In this document: positions 1 to 15,000 of the stretch, piece after piece
Position numbering within the stretch: position 1 is the stretch's first letter
How the letters are laid out: each line of letters opens with the position of its first letter
Source of the DNA: Saccostrea cucullata
Lineage: Eukaryota
Reading direction: 5' to 3'
Length of the DNA: 64,000 nucleotides
NCBI RefSeq assembly: GCF_032062105.1
Contig: NW_026937303.1
Location: 1 to 64,000 of the forward strand
Program-made: the position numbers and the translations under genes
The notes under the pieces: generated by a model
Seen by the model: the letters and a program-made list of their open reading frames with translations, nothing else
Databases searched by the model: none
Told to the model about the DNA's origin: nothing

Positions 1-22
1 ATTATGATGTTTTTTGTATCAG

Positions 23-3000
23 AGCCCCCAAACTGAGTTGATTCAGTATCGCTGTTACAATGTCCTGATGAAAATCCTCTCTCTACACCCACCCACCTCC
101 CCCACGACCACCGAGCTTTACCGGGCAGCATACACAGATACTCAGAATACCACACAGACCCAGGGCACAGTGTTCAGGTAATGGCACCTGTCATCTGCTG
201 TTTGATGAAATGTCTTTTTAGCTCACCTCAACGAAGTTGGGGGGAGCTTATGTGATACCGTCGGCGTCGGTGTCGGCGTCGGCGTCCCAGGTTAAGGTTA
301 AGTTTTTTGGAGCAGTTTTCTTTTTAATTACTTCTGTGTCCTATACTGATTAGACATGCATGGAAGATGGTTTTAATGTGTTTTATTGTACCAGACAAAG
401 TTTCAGATGCTGCAATTTCAGCAAAGGAATGACCAGGTTAATGTTTTTGGAGCAGGTTAACATTTTTGGTGCAGTTTTTGGTGTGGGTTTCATTTCCAAG
501 TAACTATAAGCCCTATGTTGACCAAACTTGCATGGATGATACATCTAAGGATGCATACTACCGGGCTTGCTTCGGATGCTGAATCTGACCTACATTTTCC
601 GGTTGAGTGAACAGGTTAAAGTTTTTGGTGTAGGTTTCATTTCCAAGTAACTATAAGCCCTATGTTGACCAAACTTGCATGGATGATACATCTAAGGATG
701 CATACTACCGGGCTTGCTTCGGATGCTGAATCTGACCTACATTTTCCGGTTGAGTGAACAGGTTAAAGTTTTTGGTGTAGGTTTCATTTCCAAGTAACTA
801 TAAGCCCTATGTTGACCAAACTTGCATGGATGATACATCTAAGGATGCATACTACCGGGCTTGCTTCGGATGCTGAATCTGACCTACATTTTCCAGTTGA
901 GCGAACAGGTTAAAGTTCTTGGTGCAGGTTTCATTTGCAAGTAACTTTAAGACCTATGTTAACCAAACTTGCATGGATGATACATCTAAGGATGCACACT
1001 ACCAGGCTTGCTTCGGATGCTGAATCTGACCTACATTTTCCAGTTGAGTGAATAGTTAAAAGTTTTTGGTGCAGGTTTCATTTCCAAGGAACTATGAGTT
1101 TTTAAATGACCAATCTTGCATAGACGATCTAAGGATGCATACTTCCAGGCTTGCTTCGGATGCTGAATCTGACCTACTTTTTGTAGATGAGTGAAAATGT
1201 TAGTTTTGATGCTTGTTTCATTTCCAATAAACTATGAGCCCTATAATGAGCAAACTTGCATGGATGATACATCTAAGGATGCACACTAATGGACTTGCTT
1301 CGGATGCTGAATTGGACATACATTTTTCAGATAATAGACAAGGTAAAAGTTACGGTTGCAGGTCTATTACCAAAAACTATAAGGCTTATATAACATTGTA
1401 TATACCAAACTTGCACAAATGCTGCATCAAGAGATGAAAACTCGCAAATTTGCTTCAGATGCTGGATTTTCATTACATTTTCATGAAGAAGAAGTAGTTT
1501 AAATTTTTTATGTAGGTCTATTTCAAAGTATCAGATCAAAATTGCTTTTAAAAATATTTTCATTTTTGGAATGTATACTTTTTGTTGGTTAATTGTGTGA
1601 CTTTGCCTTACTTAAAGACAACATTCGTTGAGGTGAGCTCTGTAATCTCTGATTACCTATGTTTTCTATTATTTATCAATATTTTCTGATTCATTGATAT
1701 TTTACAATTTAAGTGCAAATATATATATTGTTAGTGTCATGTGTTGATGGAATTAGCGGTAAGAGATGAATCAATTACTTCTTAAAACCATTCCTCTGTT
1801 CACAGCTCTTTTCTCCAAAGACTGGGTGACACAGATAGTACAACTTTTCCAAAAGGCCATGTTCTGCTACTGAGGTTTATTGTAGCGGTCCTAGAAGTCA
1901 ATCTCCAGCATTATTTGGACAGGTGTGTATATTTCTACTGAGGTTAATTGTGGCCACCCTAGAAGTCAACCTCCAACATTACCGTAAATCTGGAAATTGT
2001 TATGTCGATTTATTTTTGCGAATTTGGGTCAAAAAGTTGTTGATTAATTTTTACGCTTCAAAATTTTTGAATTGTCACTGGCGCTAAAAATAAAAATCAC
2101 TTAAGATTTTTTCAAATTAGTATGCACAGTTAGAATACCACCAATATACTCGCAACATGGCAAGAAATTGCAGAATCGCTCCGAAACAATTTTGAAGATA
2201 AAAAAAAAAAGGATTTGCACTGAAAATAACTTCTAAATTAATTATAACAAACCTTTTAGAGGTTGTTTATGCCTTTTAACCTAAAATATAATCCAAATGA
2301 AGACAAAAATATAACTAATTTTCTCAACGTTTGGTTTTTCTTACCTAAAATTTATGGGCCGTGTTTACTCTCTAGTAAATACACTGAGTTCGAGTTATCG
2401 CCCGTGTTGATACATGGTTAGATAAAATAACTGGTCTCTCTTTCTTGGCAAAATAATTAAAAAGGGACATACCGTCTCAGTGCTTGTCAAACCATCGGAC
2501 GATATTGCATATAATGAGGGCAATTTACACGTACAGGTAATTAGCTTTTAGTTACAGTAGTATAAACAGATTTCTTTTTTAAAATGACCAGTCCTTACCG
2601 ACGCCTATTCACTGAGTTAAAAATAGACACCAACTTTCAGAAAAAAATTTCTTTACATGTTGATTTATTTTTAAGAAAAATATTTTTGCGAATGCAATGC
2701 ACTCGCAAATTTGCTAAAAATTTATCTACAGTAAAAATTTCCAGATTTATGGTATTCGGACAGGTGTGTATATTTCTACTGAGGTGTATTGTGTAGCCAC
2801 CCTAGAAGGCAACCTCCAGCATTATTTGGACATTTATTTTGGCACTCAGGTTAAAAGGTTTTGGAGCAGTTTTCTTTCCAGGTACTTCTATGCTTTACAT
2901 AATAAGAGATGCATGAAGGATGCCTCTGTTTCATTGTACCTGTCAAGGTTTCAGATGCTGCAATTTCAGCAAAGTATGACGAGATTAATGTTTTTGGAGC

Positions 3001-6000
3001 AGGTCTCTTTTCCAAAGAAATATAAGCCCTTTTTGACCAAACTGGCATGAATGATACATGTACATTAAAAGAAGCACACTACCAGGATTGCTTTCAGAGC
3101 TGGATCTGACCTACATTTTTCAGATGAGTGAAGTTAAGTTTTGGGAGCAGGCCTCATTTCCAAGTAACTATTCTTGATTTCACTGCAGTTGTGCAATGGA
3201 ATGTGACCTTACAGTTTACACTATTGATGTTTCTCTTATCTTAAATTTCATTTTTTACTCTTGAAATCCCAAGTCCAAGCATTTTGTTGGCATATCAGTA
3301 CTGCAAAAATATATTGCAACTCGACAAACTTTGTCAATAATTGCAGCGTTACAATTAACATGACACAATTACATTAAATTATGTCAACTATTTTATGAAA
3401 AATCTCTATATTATGACTGATTAAAATACATGTAGCTTTGAATATGAATATGTATGTGGACTATTTGTTTGCAGAATTGAGAAAGGGGAGATTAAAATCC
3501 GTAAACTGAGGGGATGTATGATTGCTCAGATTTTATGGCCTGGCAGCACACTGATGTCTGTTAACACGGTGTGTAAGGACTTGGTTGTACTGTTTGGACT
3601 CTGTGTTACTGAAGATATGGATGACTTAATGAAGGTAAGGCTACCATCTTGATTTTTATGCTCCCAGATCAAAAGATCCCATGGGTATATAGATTTTGTC
3701 CTGTCTTTCTGTCTGCTAGTGATGGGACATCGGTTAATTTTCATAATCGATCATCGGTTGGAATCGGTTACTGCTTCTGATGCGATTTTACAGATTATAA
3801 TCAGATGTCATAGTTTCGTATATAAAAGCAGACTATAACAATGAATTCATATTATTTCTTAATTGCGGATATATATTATATGTAATATATTGTTTTCTTT
3901 GTTTTTTACCTTATTCTCTACTTTCTATATAATACCTTTTGTTTCTTAATCCCCTCTGCTTTTTGCTAGTTTGCTTTGTAACACATAAGTATGGTGAATG
4001 GTGTGATGCCTGTCCATATGAATCATTGACCAGGCACTGTTAGCATTAAAATAACCTGGAGATTCCAACTAATACACTGTATATAAATTAGAAACCAAGA
4101 AAAAAGATGTACTTGTATAATTTGTTGATAAATGATAATTAACACATCATATATTATATTAATTAGTACGTTTCCGATGATCGATTATGAAAAACAATAA
4201 TCGATCATCAGAATCGGTAGCATTTTTTCATCGACAATCGATGTTTTCCGATTATCGGTACAACACTACTGTCAACTTTAACATAGCCCATAACTATTGC
4301 GCTGTCAAGGGTATTGTGTTACTTATGGAGCATAGTGCTTCACAAACACATCTTGCAATATTTCTTAATTAATAAGGTTTAATATTCTTTCAAATTTGTC
4401 AACCACGTGATGGATAAAATTCTTTTGGGACTAGTCATGTAATATAATTACAGAGAGACTTGATTAAGCTGAGCACCAGCCTGATTTGTATGGCAGTACT
4501 TATAGCACAGTACGTAGAGACAGGTCAGAGGTTAAACTTACAGGAGCCAATCGTAGCCAGCCATACAGCAGCCTCCTTACTGCACGAAGCAGTACGCCAA
4601 GTTCCAAGTAAGCTTTGATTTGGTCAATTGCTTCTTGATTAATATGGTTTGACTGTATATTCTTATTATTTCAAAAGTATATTTCTATTTTAACATTTAG
4701 GCACTCTCAGGATAGAGTTATTAAGAGCAATTCTCAGGAACTTGAGTCCTTCCTGGATTGCAGTTCATTTCTGCTGTTTACTTCTCAGAAATCTAGATGA
4801 TTATCTTCTGCTGCAAGATCTGCCAACAGAGGGCATAAGCCTGAAGGAAATTGTAAGCTGCCTCAAGATGTAGTTTTGTATCTTACATTTGTAAAAAATG
4901 AAGTGAAAGTTTTTGTAATTCAGGATATCTAAATGTTTTGTTTTCTGAATTTCAGGTCACAAAGTACTTCTTTCTGTTACCAAAACTTAACAGCAATCAA
5001 AGTAATCTAAGACAAAGTTCACATAAAAAGAGGAGTGTATCCAGGTCTGTTTACTATTTACATAAATGAATCCTGTTTAATTTGTATTCCTGATTGCTTT
5101 ACATGATAGCAAAGCATTAGGAATCAGACTACGGGGTAAAATATTTGTGCACTTTACAGACAATTCTTCCCCACTTTGTCACAGTATAGTATTTAACCAG
5201 GCCCTAAATGGTCTGATTTGATCTGTTTGAAAAGGTACACTGTAAAAGAGGAATGTTTGAAACATGTAGGTTGCAGCAGGAGAGTAACACGAGAACGAGG
5301 AGATCACTGCTGAAGGGAAGAGACAAGGAGAACGAACGATTGGAGGAGGGAACCAGTACAACGTCAGCTGGGAAAAATGTCAACAAGAAGAATGTCAAAG
5401 GTCAAGGACAGAAAATAAGTCAGCTTATGACCATTGAGATTTTGTATTGTATTGTCTGGAAGTCCATGTATTTAGAAAATCATAATAGAGATTAATTCAC
5501 TTTTATATACTGACACGCAAAAGAAACGCAACAAGCAGTAATTTACAAATGTTTGATTTTTTTATCTTATGATTTTCAAAAGCGAATAAAGTAAGGCTAA
5601 ATTCACTTTTCAGAACATAAGAGATTTGATAAAAATGTTAAATGTTTATCTGTTTACTTTACTAAGTAAACTATGACTGTTAAAACACCCCCCTCCCAGC
5701 CATTCAAGTAAAACGTGCAAGACTGCCCTAAACAACAGTTGCAGCTTAATTTCTACGATACAATAGGTTCATTTATATCTAGATCTCAGCAAAGGAATTA
5801 TTTTTTGATATTTTTAAATGCCCGTTTTTCAGATAATTAGGTCGAATTTTCTCTAACTTAGAGCAGTGTAGTCACCCTTGGACTGCCGGTACAAGGACTT
5901 CCTTAATGCATATGATACGTAAGACCCTGCTGAGGCGAAATGTAGTGAAATTTCGCATCAGCAACTCTCCATCACCTTTACACTGAAATTTTCCAGCTAG

Positions 6001-9000
6001 AGCAATGGAAATGCGTACATCAGCCATTTTCAAGTAGCCTTAGCATTGTTTCGGGAAACGAAAGTAGAGTTTATTTTTTGAAATATTGCTGCATTACTTA
6101 TGATGAACAGTAAAAAACCCTTAAAACTCCATAATATTGCCAAATGTTTTGTTAAGCATGCAATTTTTGATTTCTGTTAAGCAGACTAAAACTTGACTTC
6201 TGGTTATGATATGGAAATCGTTCAACCGTTAATTTACTGATGTTTACCAAATTAAAAATATTCATAATTTTAAGATACAAAATTCTTTTCTTTACATAAT
6301 TATTTCCCCCTAAAGTAGGGTGTTGCATTTCTTTTGCGTGTCAGTATAGTTTAAAGTAAGTTAAAGTAAGAAATGTTGCTAGAAATCTTGACAAAATGTG
6401 CTGTTAGAAGTATATTTGGTATAGTTGTTCATTTTAGTCGTATCTTTGTTGTAGGAGAAACTCCTCTACAAGCAGCTTGTATTAAAAACGATCTGAAGAA
6501 GGTCAGGCAGCTTCTGAAGATTCCAGGTAGGCCAGTGTTTTGTTCTCTATATGCAGTTGTAAAAACCTCGAAAAATTGAAATTTTTGGTACAGTTTACTC
6601 TACTTCTATTGAAATCACTTAGTTTGAAATAAATATAAATCACTTGTCTCTGTTTCTCATTATCTCTGGAATAAAATGCAGTGTACCAGTCATCATCATG
6701 GTTATTGACCTAAATTTTATAATAATGTATGCTTGAAAAGTTGAACATTTCCAAATAAATTTTCAAGAACAAACTATTTCATTTCAATATTCAAGTGTCA
6801 TAGATTTTTTGCATGAAGAACCTTTTTATCATTTGAAGTTTGTCTTAAGTTTCTGATTTTTATAGTGATTAAGATTTTTTAAAAAAATGTCTTCATGGGC
6901 CAATTTTGCATTTTGGAGTACATTTGAGGGAAGAAAAAATTGGTCCCTTGAGCATCTATATATCTGAAGTAGACTGTAGTGTCTTTGTTTATGATGTTTT
7001 TTTAAGCTTTGACCCTGTTCATGTTTTATGAAGGCTGTTTTTTGTAGGTGTGGATGTTAATACCAGGGACAATGCTGGGTGGACTCCGTTACATGAAGCT
7101 TGTAATCTTGGACATGTAGAAGTTGTAAAAGAGCTGCTAAATTTTGTTCCTGCCAAAACTATGGATCATTTCTTCAGTCCTGGTAAACTCTCATTTGTAT
7201 TTTACATAAATTTGATAATGGATCTCTAATCTTCAGAAGAAATTGTTTGTTAATTTATAATGGGTACATTATGCTCAGTTTGTAGTCCCAGGTCCTTTAT
7301 TGAAAGCATTATTTTCATTAACTCCAAATTTTATTTCTTAAGATGGCAGTGTAGTATGTGTATCCTAAGTGGGCAAATAAAACCTAATAGTAGATGCTGT
7401 ATTGCTGACTTGGACGACTGTTTTGTGTAGGAGGAAATATTATATTGCTAACTTGGTAGACTTGATATTTTTAACTTGGACGACTGTTTTGTGTAGGAGG
7501 TGATAAGAAGTGTAGGAAGGTGAACCTGTTGGCGGTGACAGATGACCTGATCACTCCACTCCATGATGCCGTGATGAACAACAGACTGGACGTGTGTAAA
7601 CTGCTTCTACAGCACGGAGGTAATAATTATCTTGTAACACGTAGAGGTATTCCCTGGCTTGAAACCCTAAAACATCTTATTTATTGGCTTAAACTCCTAC
7701 AACAAGGAGGTATTCTTACAACATGGTGGTAATATGAAATATGTAGCTATTTTGATCTTGGCTTTGGTGTGAGCCCAAGCAGTTGGTGTAGACGCAAATC
7801 CAGAGCGCACAGGTCACTCCTACAACAATAAGATATTCATTAACTCACACTCCTACAACAGGGAAATATTAATTATCTCACACTCCTACAACAGGGAAAT
7901 ATTAATTATCTCACACTCCTACAACAGGGACAGGGGGAAATATTCTCTATCCCACCCTTCTACAACATGGAAATATTCTTTATCCCACTCTTCTACAACA
8001 TGGAAATATTCTTTATCCCACCCTACTACAACATGGAAATATTCTTTATCTCACCCTACTACAACATGGAAATATTCTTTATCCCTCCCTACTACAACAT
8101 GGAAATATTATTTATCCCACCCTACTACAACATGAAAGTATTCTTTATCTCACCCTACTACAACATGGAGATACTCTTTATCCCACCCTACTACAACATG
8201 GAGATATTCTTTATCCCACCCTACTACAACATGGAAATATTCTCTATCCCACCCTACTACAACATGGAGATATTCTTTATCCCACCCTACTACAACATGG
8301 AGATATTCTTTATCCCACCCTACTACAACATGGAAATATTCTCTATCCCACCCTACTACAACATGGAAGTATTATTTATCTCACCCTACTACAACATGAA
8401 AGTATTATTTATCTCACCCTACTACAACATGAAAGTATTATTTATCTCACCCTACTACAACATGGAAATATTCTTTATCCCACCCTACTACAACATGGAA
8501 ATATTCTCTATCCCACCCTAGTACAACATGGAAATATTCTTTATCCCACCCTACAACAACATGGAAATATTCTTTATCTCACCCTACTACAACATGAAAA
8601 TATTCTCTATCCCACCCTACTACTACAACATGGAAGTATTATTTATCTCACCCTACTACAACATGAAAGTATTCTTTATCTCACCCTACTACAACATGGA
8701 AATATTCTCTGTCCCACCCTACTACAACATGGAAGTATTATTTATCTCACCCTACTACAACATGGAAATATTCTTTATCCCTCCCTACTACAACATGGAA
8801 ATATTATTTATCCCACCCTACTACAACATGAAAGTATTCTTTATCTCACCCTACTACAACATGGAGATACTCTTTATCCCACCCTACTACAACATGGAGA
8901 TATTCTTTATCCCACCCTACTACAACATGGAAATATTCTCTATCCCACCCTACTACAACATGGAGATATTCTTTATCCCACCCTACTACAACATGGAGAT

Positions 9001-12000
9001 ATTCTTTATCCCACCCTACTACAACATGGAAATATTCTCTATCCCACCCTACTACAACATGGAAGTATTATTTATCTCACCCTACTACAACATGAAAGTA
9101 TTATTTATCTCACCCTACTACAACATGAAAGTATTATTTATCTCACCCTACTACAACATGGAAATATTCTTTATCCCACCCTACTACAACATGGAAATAT
9201 TCTCTATCCCACCCTAGTACAACATGGAAATATTCTTTATCCCACCCTACAACAACATGGAAATATTCTTTATCCCACCCTACTACAACATGGAAATATT
9301 CTTTATCCCACCCTACTACAACATGGAAATATTCTTTATCTCACCCTACTACAACATGAAAATATTCTCTATCCCACCCTACTACAACATGGAAGTATTA
9401 TTTATCTCACCCTACTACAACATGAAAGTATTCTTTATCTCACCCTACTACAACATGGAAATATTCTCTGTCCCACCCTACTACAACATGGAAGTATTAT
9501 TTGTCTCACCCTACTACAACATGGAAATATTCTCTATCACACCCTACTACAACATGGAAGTATTATTTATCTCACCCTACTACAACATGGAAATATTCTC
9601 TATCCCACCCTACTACAACATGGAAGTATTATTTATCTCACCCTACTACAACATGGAAATATTCTCTATCCCACCCTACTACAACATGGAAATATTCTCT
9701 ATCCCACCCTACTACAACATGGAAATATTCTTTATCCCACCCTACAACAACATGGAAATATTCTCTATCCCACCCTACTACAACATGGAAATATTCTTTA
9801 TCTCACCCTACTACAACATGGAAGTATTATTTATCCCACCCTAGTACAACATGGAAATATTCTTTATCCCACCCTACAACAACATGGAAATATTCTTTAT
9901 CCCACCCTACTACAACATGGAAATATTCTTTATCCCACCCTAGTACAACATGGAAATGTTCTTTATCCCACCTTACAACAACATGGAAATATTCTCTATC
10001 CCACCCTACTACAACATGGAAATATTATTTATCTCACCCTACTACAACATGGAAATATTCTCTATCCCACCTTACAACAACATGGAAATATTCTTTATCT
10101 TACCCTAGTACAACATGGAAATATTCTTTATCTCACCCTACTACAACATGAAAATATTCTCTATCTCACCCTACTACAACATGAAAGTATTATTTATCTC
10201 ACCCTACTACAACATGGAGATATTCTTTATCTCACCCTACTACAACATGGAAATATTCTTTATCTCACCCTAGTACAACATGGAAATATTCTTTATCTCA
10301 CCCTACTACAACATGGAAATATTCTCTATCTCACCCTAGTACAACATGAAAGTATTATTTATCTCACCCTACTACAACATGGAAATATTCTTTATCTCAC
10401 CCTACTACAACATGGAAATATTCTTTATCCCACCCTACTACAACATGGAAATATTCTTTATCTCACCCTACTACAACATGGAAATATTCTTTATCCCACC
10501 CTAGTACAACATGGAGATATTCTTTATCCCACCCTACAACAACATGGAGATATTCTTTATCCCACCCTACTACAACATGGAAATATTCTTTATCCCACCC
10601 TACTACAACATGGAAATATTCTCTATCCCACCCTACTACAACATGGAAGTATTATTTATTCCACCCTACTACAACATGGAAATATTCTCTATCCCGCCCT
10701 ACTACAACATGGAAATATTCTTTATCCCACCCTACTACAACATGGAAATATTCTTTATCCCACCCTACTACAACATGGAAATATTCTTTATCCCACCCTA
10801 CTACAACATGGAAATATTCTTTATCCCACCCTACTACAACATGGAAATATTCTTTATCCCACCCTACTACAACATGGAGATATTCTTTATCCCACCCTAC
10901 TACAACATGGAAATATTCTTTATCTCACCCTACTACAACATGGAAACATTCTTTATCCCACCCTACTACAACATGGAAATATTCTTTATCCCACCCTACT
11001 ACAACATGGAAATATTCTCTATCCCACCCTACTACAACATGGAAATATTCTCTATCCCACCCTACTACAACATGGAAGTATTATTTATCTCATGTTCCTT
11101 CTACCTGTGGGTATTCATCAGCACATGGAGGCATATAACTTCCATTTACATGTTGTTGTTGTTGTGGTTTGTTTTTTTATACCCCCTGCAAACGAAGTTT
11201 AGGGGGGGTATATTGGAATCACCATGTCCGTCTATCTGTCCGTCTGTCTGTCTGTCCGTCTGTCTGTAGACAAGATTTTGTCCGGACCATTACTCAGAAA
11301 CTATTGGAAGGATTTGTCTGAAAATTTGTACACATATTATTCACCATATGAAGTTGTGCACCTGAAATTTTCATCTTGATTCGATTATTATTAGGTCACC
11401 TGAGTAACTCAGGTGACCTATTGCTATCCGTTTTCGTCCGTCGTCGTGTGTCGTGCGTCGTGCGTCGTGTGTTAACATTTGAACATTTTCAGCTTCTTCT
11501 CTGAAACCACTTAACCAATTTCAACCAAATTTGGTATACAGCATCTATGGGTGAAGGGGAACAATAATTGTGAATTTCATGGTCCCTGCCCCCCTGGGGC
11601 CTGGGGGGTGGGGCAAAAACCACTAAAATTATTGCAATCTTTAAAAATCTTCTTCTTTACTCCTGGACATCAAGCAGGCAAACTGTTTGCATGAATGTAA
11701 TGAGCAATGAGTCCTCTACTTAAATTGTGAAATTCATGGCCCCAGGGTCAGGGGTTCTAGTGCTAGGGCGGGGCTATATAGGTTATATAGTGAAAATGCA
11801 TGATTTCTTTGAAAATCTTCTTCTCTGCTCCTAGGTATTAAATAAACAAACCAAGTACATAGGTATGATGAGCAAGAGTGCCTCTTCCTAAATTGTGAAT
11901 TTTATGACCCCAGGGTCAGGGGTTCTGGTGTTAGGGCGGGGCTCTATTGGTTATATAGTGAAAATGCATTAATTCTTTGAAAATCTTCTTCTCTACTTCT

Positions 12001-15000
12001 GGGTATTAAATAAACTAACTAAGCACATAATTATGATGAGCAAGAGTGCCTCTTTCAAAATTGTGAATTTTATGACCCCAGGGTCAGGGGTTCTGGTGTT
12101 AGGGCGGGGCTCTATTGGTTATATAGTGAAAATGCATTTATTCTTTGAAAATCTTCTTCTCTACTTCTGGGTATTAAAAAAACTAACTAAGTACTAAGTT
12201 ATGATAAGCAAGAGTGCCTCTTTCAAAATTGTGAATTTTGTTGCCCCAGGGTCAGGGGTTCTGGTGTTAGTGTGGGGCCCTATTGATTATATATTGAAGA
12301 TGCATTTATTCTTTGAAAGTCTTCTTCTCTGCTCGTGGGTATTAAATAAACTATGTAATTAAATAGTTATGTTGATCAAGAGTGCCTCTTTCAAAATTGT
12401 GAATTTTACGACCCCAGGGTCAGGGGTTCTGGTGTTAGGGCGGGGCTCTATTGGGTTATATAGTGAAAATGCATTTATTCTTTGAAATTCTTTCCTTTGC
12501 TCCTGTGTTTAATGCCTATGATTCAAATATATATATTCATGATGAAGAAAGGTGCACCTACCAAAATGGTTATTTTTTATGCCCCGTCCCTTCCCTGGGT
12601 CGGGGTGAGGGGGGGGGAGGGGGGTCAAAGTCTGAAAATAAATTAATGCTTTGAAATTTGCTCTTTGGTGTGTTAATCAACCATTTTATGATAAAATTTG
12701 CAAAATTTTGAAATATGTGGCCCCAGGATCAGTGTTTCCTTTGGGATGAGGTGTAGAACTGGTTTTAAAGTGGAAGTGCATTTTCTCTTAATGTTACTCT
12801 GATCTACCTCTGGGTAATAAGTAAATAGAGTTAGCATGCTAAGTCTAAATTATTATAAGCAATATTACCTCTTTCAAAATTGTGAATTGCAAATTCCATG
12901 GCCTCGAACCAAATTTAATTGTTTGAAAGTTGTTGCACAATACTCAGGTGACCTATAAGGCCCGTGGGCCTCTTGTTTTAAATTTTACAGGTGTTTTTTC
13001 ATTTTTATTTTGTGGTTTTGTCCGGACCGTTTCTCAGAAACTATTGCAAGGATTAATCTGAAAATTTGTACACTTATTATTCACCATATGAAGGTGTGCA
13101 CCTGGAATTTTCAACTCTTTTTGTTCATTTTTATGCATTTTACAGGTTTTATTTTTTATTTTAATTGACTTGTTCATTTTGGGCTCATGTATAAGGTTTG
13201 AGACATAGAATCTAGAATATCTGTACAAAAACGTTAACTACAGCTTAAAACTACTCATAAAAACTGAAAAAAAAAGAAACATCATCAAGTGTTAAAAACA
13301 GTTTTTACATTGCACAGAAGATAATGTAATTTCATTTGTCTCTTGGGAATAATGACTGGACATGCATCCAGTTAAAGATGAATTAATGAGTTTGGTGTGG
13401 GAAGTTGAACATTAAGGTATCTCATTATGAACCATATGTTATCTCCTGGGAATCGGGCACAAGAATTAAAGATCTCTCTTCTCTTATTCTCTTAATTGTA
13501 ATTTATTGTCTGTCAAAGCACTTCATTACTGGATGACCAGCTCTTTATTTTCAAAATGAATGTGATATAAAGTTATCAAGATTAATTTGATTTTGTATAA
13601 TATGATTTTTTTTCAACAATCAGTTTGCAGAGTGACATAACACATAATTGCAATATATTTTTTAATGCAGAAATAAAAAGATAAAATAAAAAAAATAATG
13701 TTACAATGGAAATTCAATGTATTAGTATTGATGTTTCATTTGGTTGCACCTTTGTTTCATTCATTAAGAAACATGATGAGCATGCAATTATATTTCACTG
13801 CAAATTTTTAAAGTAAATTGTGAACACCTCTAGATCCATAAAGTATTTTTGAATTGGCACCTTCTCTGAAAAACCCAGCGGGGGGTATTTGTCCCTACTG
13901 GACAGTTCTAGTTTTTTTTTGCTTATTTTAGCCAATAAATCTGTTTGATTTATACCTTTAGGTCCAGCCATGTTAGAAAGTAAAACTTCTTTAAATCAGA
14001 CACCATTAGACCTGGCCACTACAAGTCAAATGAAGGAAATTCTGCTGTCCTACATAGAGGATCGTTCAGCAAGGTCGTGTTCTCAAGGTAGGTCAAACAT
14101 TATCTAGAATAACAGGGGATTGCTCAGCAAGGTTGTGTTCTCAGGGTAGGTCACACATTATCTAGAATAACAGAGGATCGGTCAGCTAGGTCGTGTTCTC
14201 AGGGTAGGTCAGACATTATCTAGAATAACAGAGGATTGGTCAGCAAGGTCATGTTCTCAGGGTAGGTCACAAATTGTCTAGAATAACAGGACTTATCTTG
14301 TTGTCTGCAATATATCACCAATCATTGTAATAACTAAGAGCTTTAAAATCATTAGAGAATATATGTGTATTTTTCCAAATCAAGAAAATAAGTTCATAAC
14401 TAGTCAAGTTTTTAAAAACTCGAAGTTGTCAAGTATGTTTTTTCTATGCTAGCCTAAGTGAGAAAGAATGAAGAGTTTAGAATATAATATATGTGTATGA
14501 ATTTAATTGTAAATTGAGAGTTTCATTTGATGACTCTATTTTCAGGCAGCGTCAGCAGTGATGGCCCGGCAGACTCTCCCCCCAGTGATTACCTGTATGA
14601 GCAGGTGCTGGGAGGGGAGGATCGTGGATTTGCAGACCGAGAGGAGTGTGCTAAGTACATCGCTGTGATAACTACATTGATTCATTCTTATCTTAAAGTG
14701 ATGGACTACAATCAAATTCAGGCTCTAATGAACGGAAAACTGAACCTGTCTTGTAAAAGTGACAAACACCATGGAAAGAGCGAAAAGGTCATAAAACAGT
14801 ATAATGGAACAGAAGATTGTTCTAAGAAAACTGTCAGTTGCTCAATTGAAAATGGATCCACTCCCACACAAGCAGTGAAAGGTTCAGGAGTATTACAATT
14901 CCATCAAGACTTCAGAACTGCCTTTAAATTGTCAGCATACATCGAAAGATTTGCCGGTCACATCCTGAAAATCACAGAAGACAAGGACTTTGAAACTCTC

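Noticed and set aside
7935-11092. CRISPR-like array
   Set aside because: Head-to-tail units with no unique spacers, no cas genes, and a eukaryotic intron context.
7967-11269. Long repetitive ORFs ([11 protein letters not shown])n and ([11 protein letters not shown])n as a repeat protein
   Set aside because: They arise because the unit is 33 bp. They are broken by TAG variants and lie inside an SLF1 intron whose flanking exons join in frame (QHG|GPAM).
6455-14087. BARD1 as the identity of the ankyrin gene
   Set aside because: No BRCT domains follow the ankyrin repeats, and the IPGVDVN and LLLQHGGP context fits SLF1.
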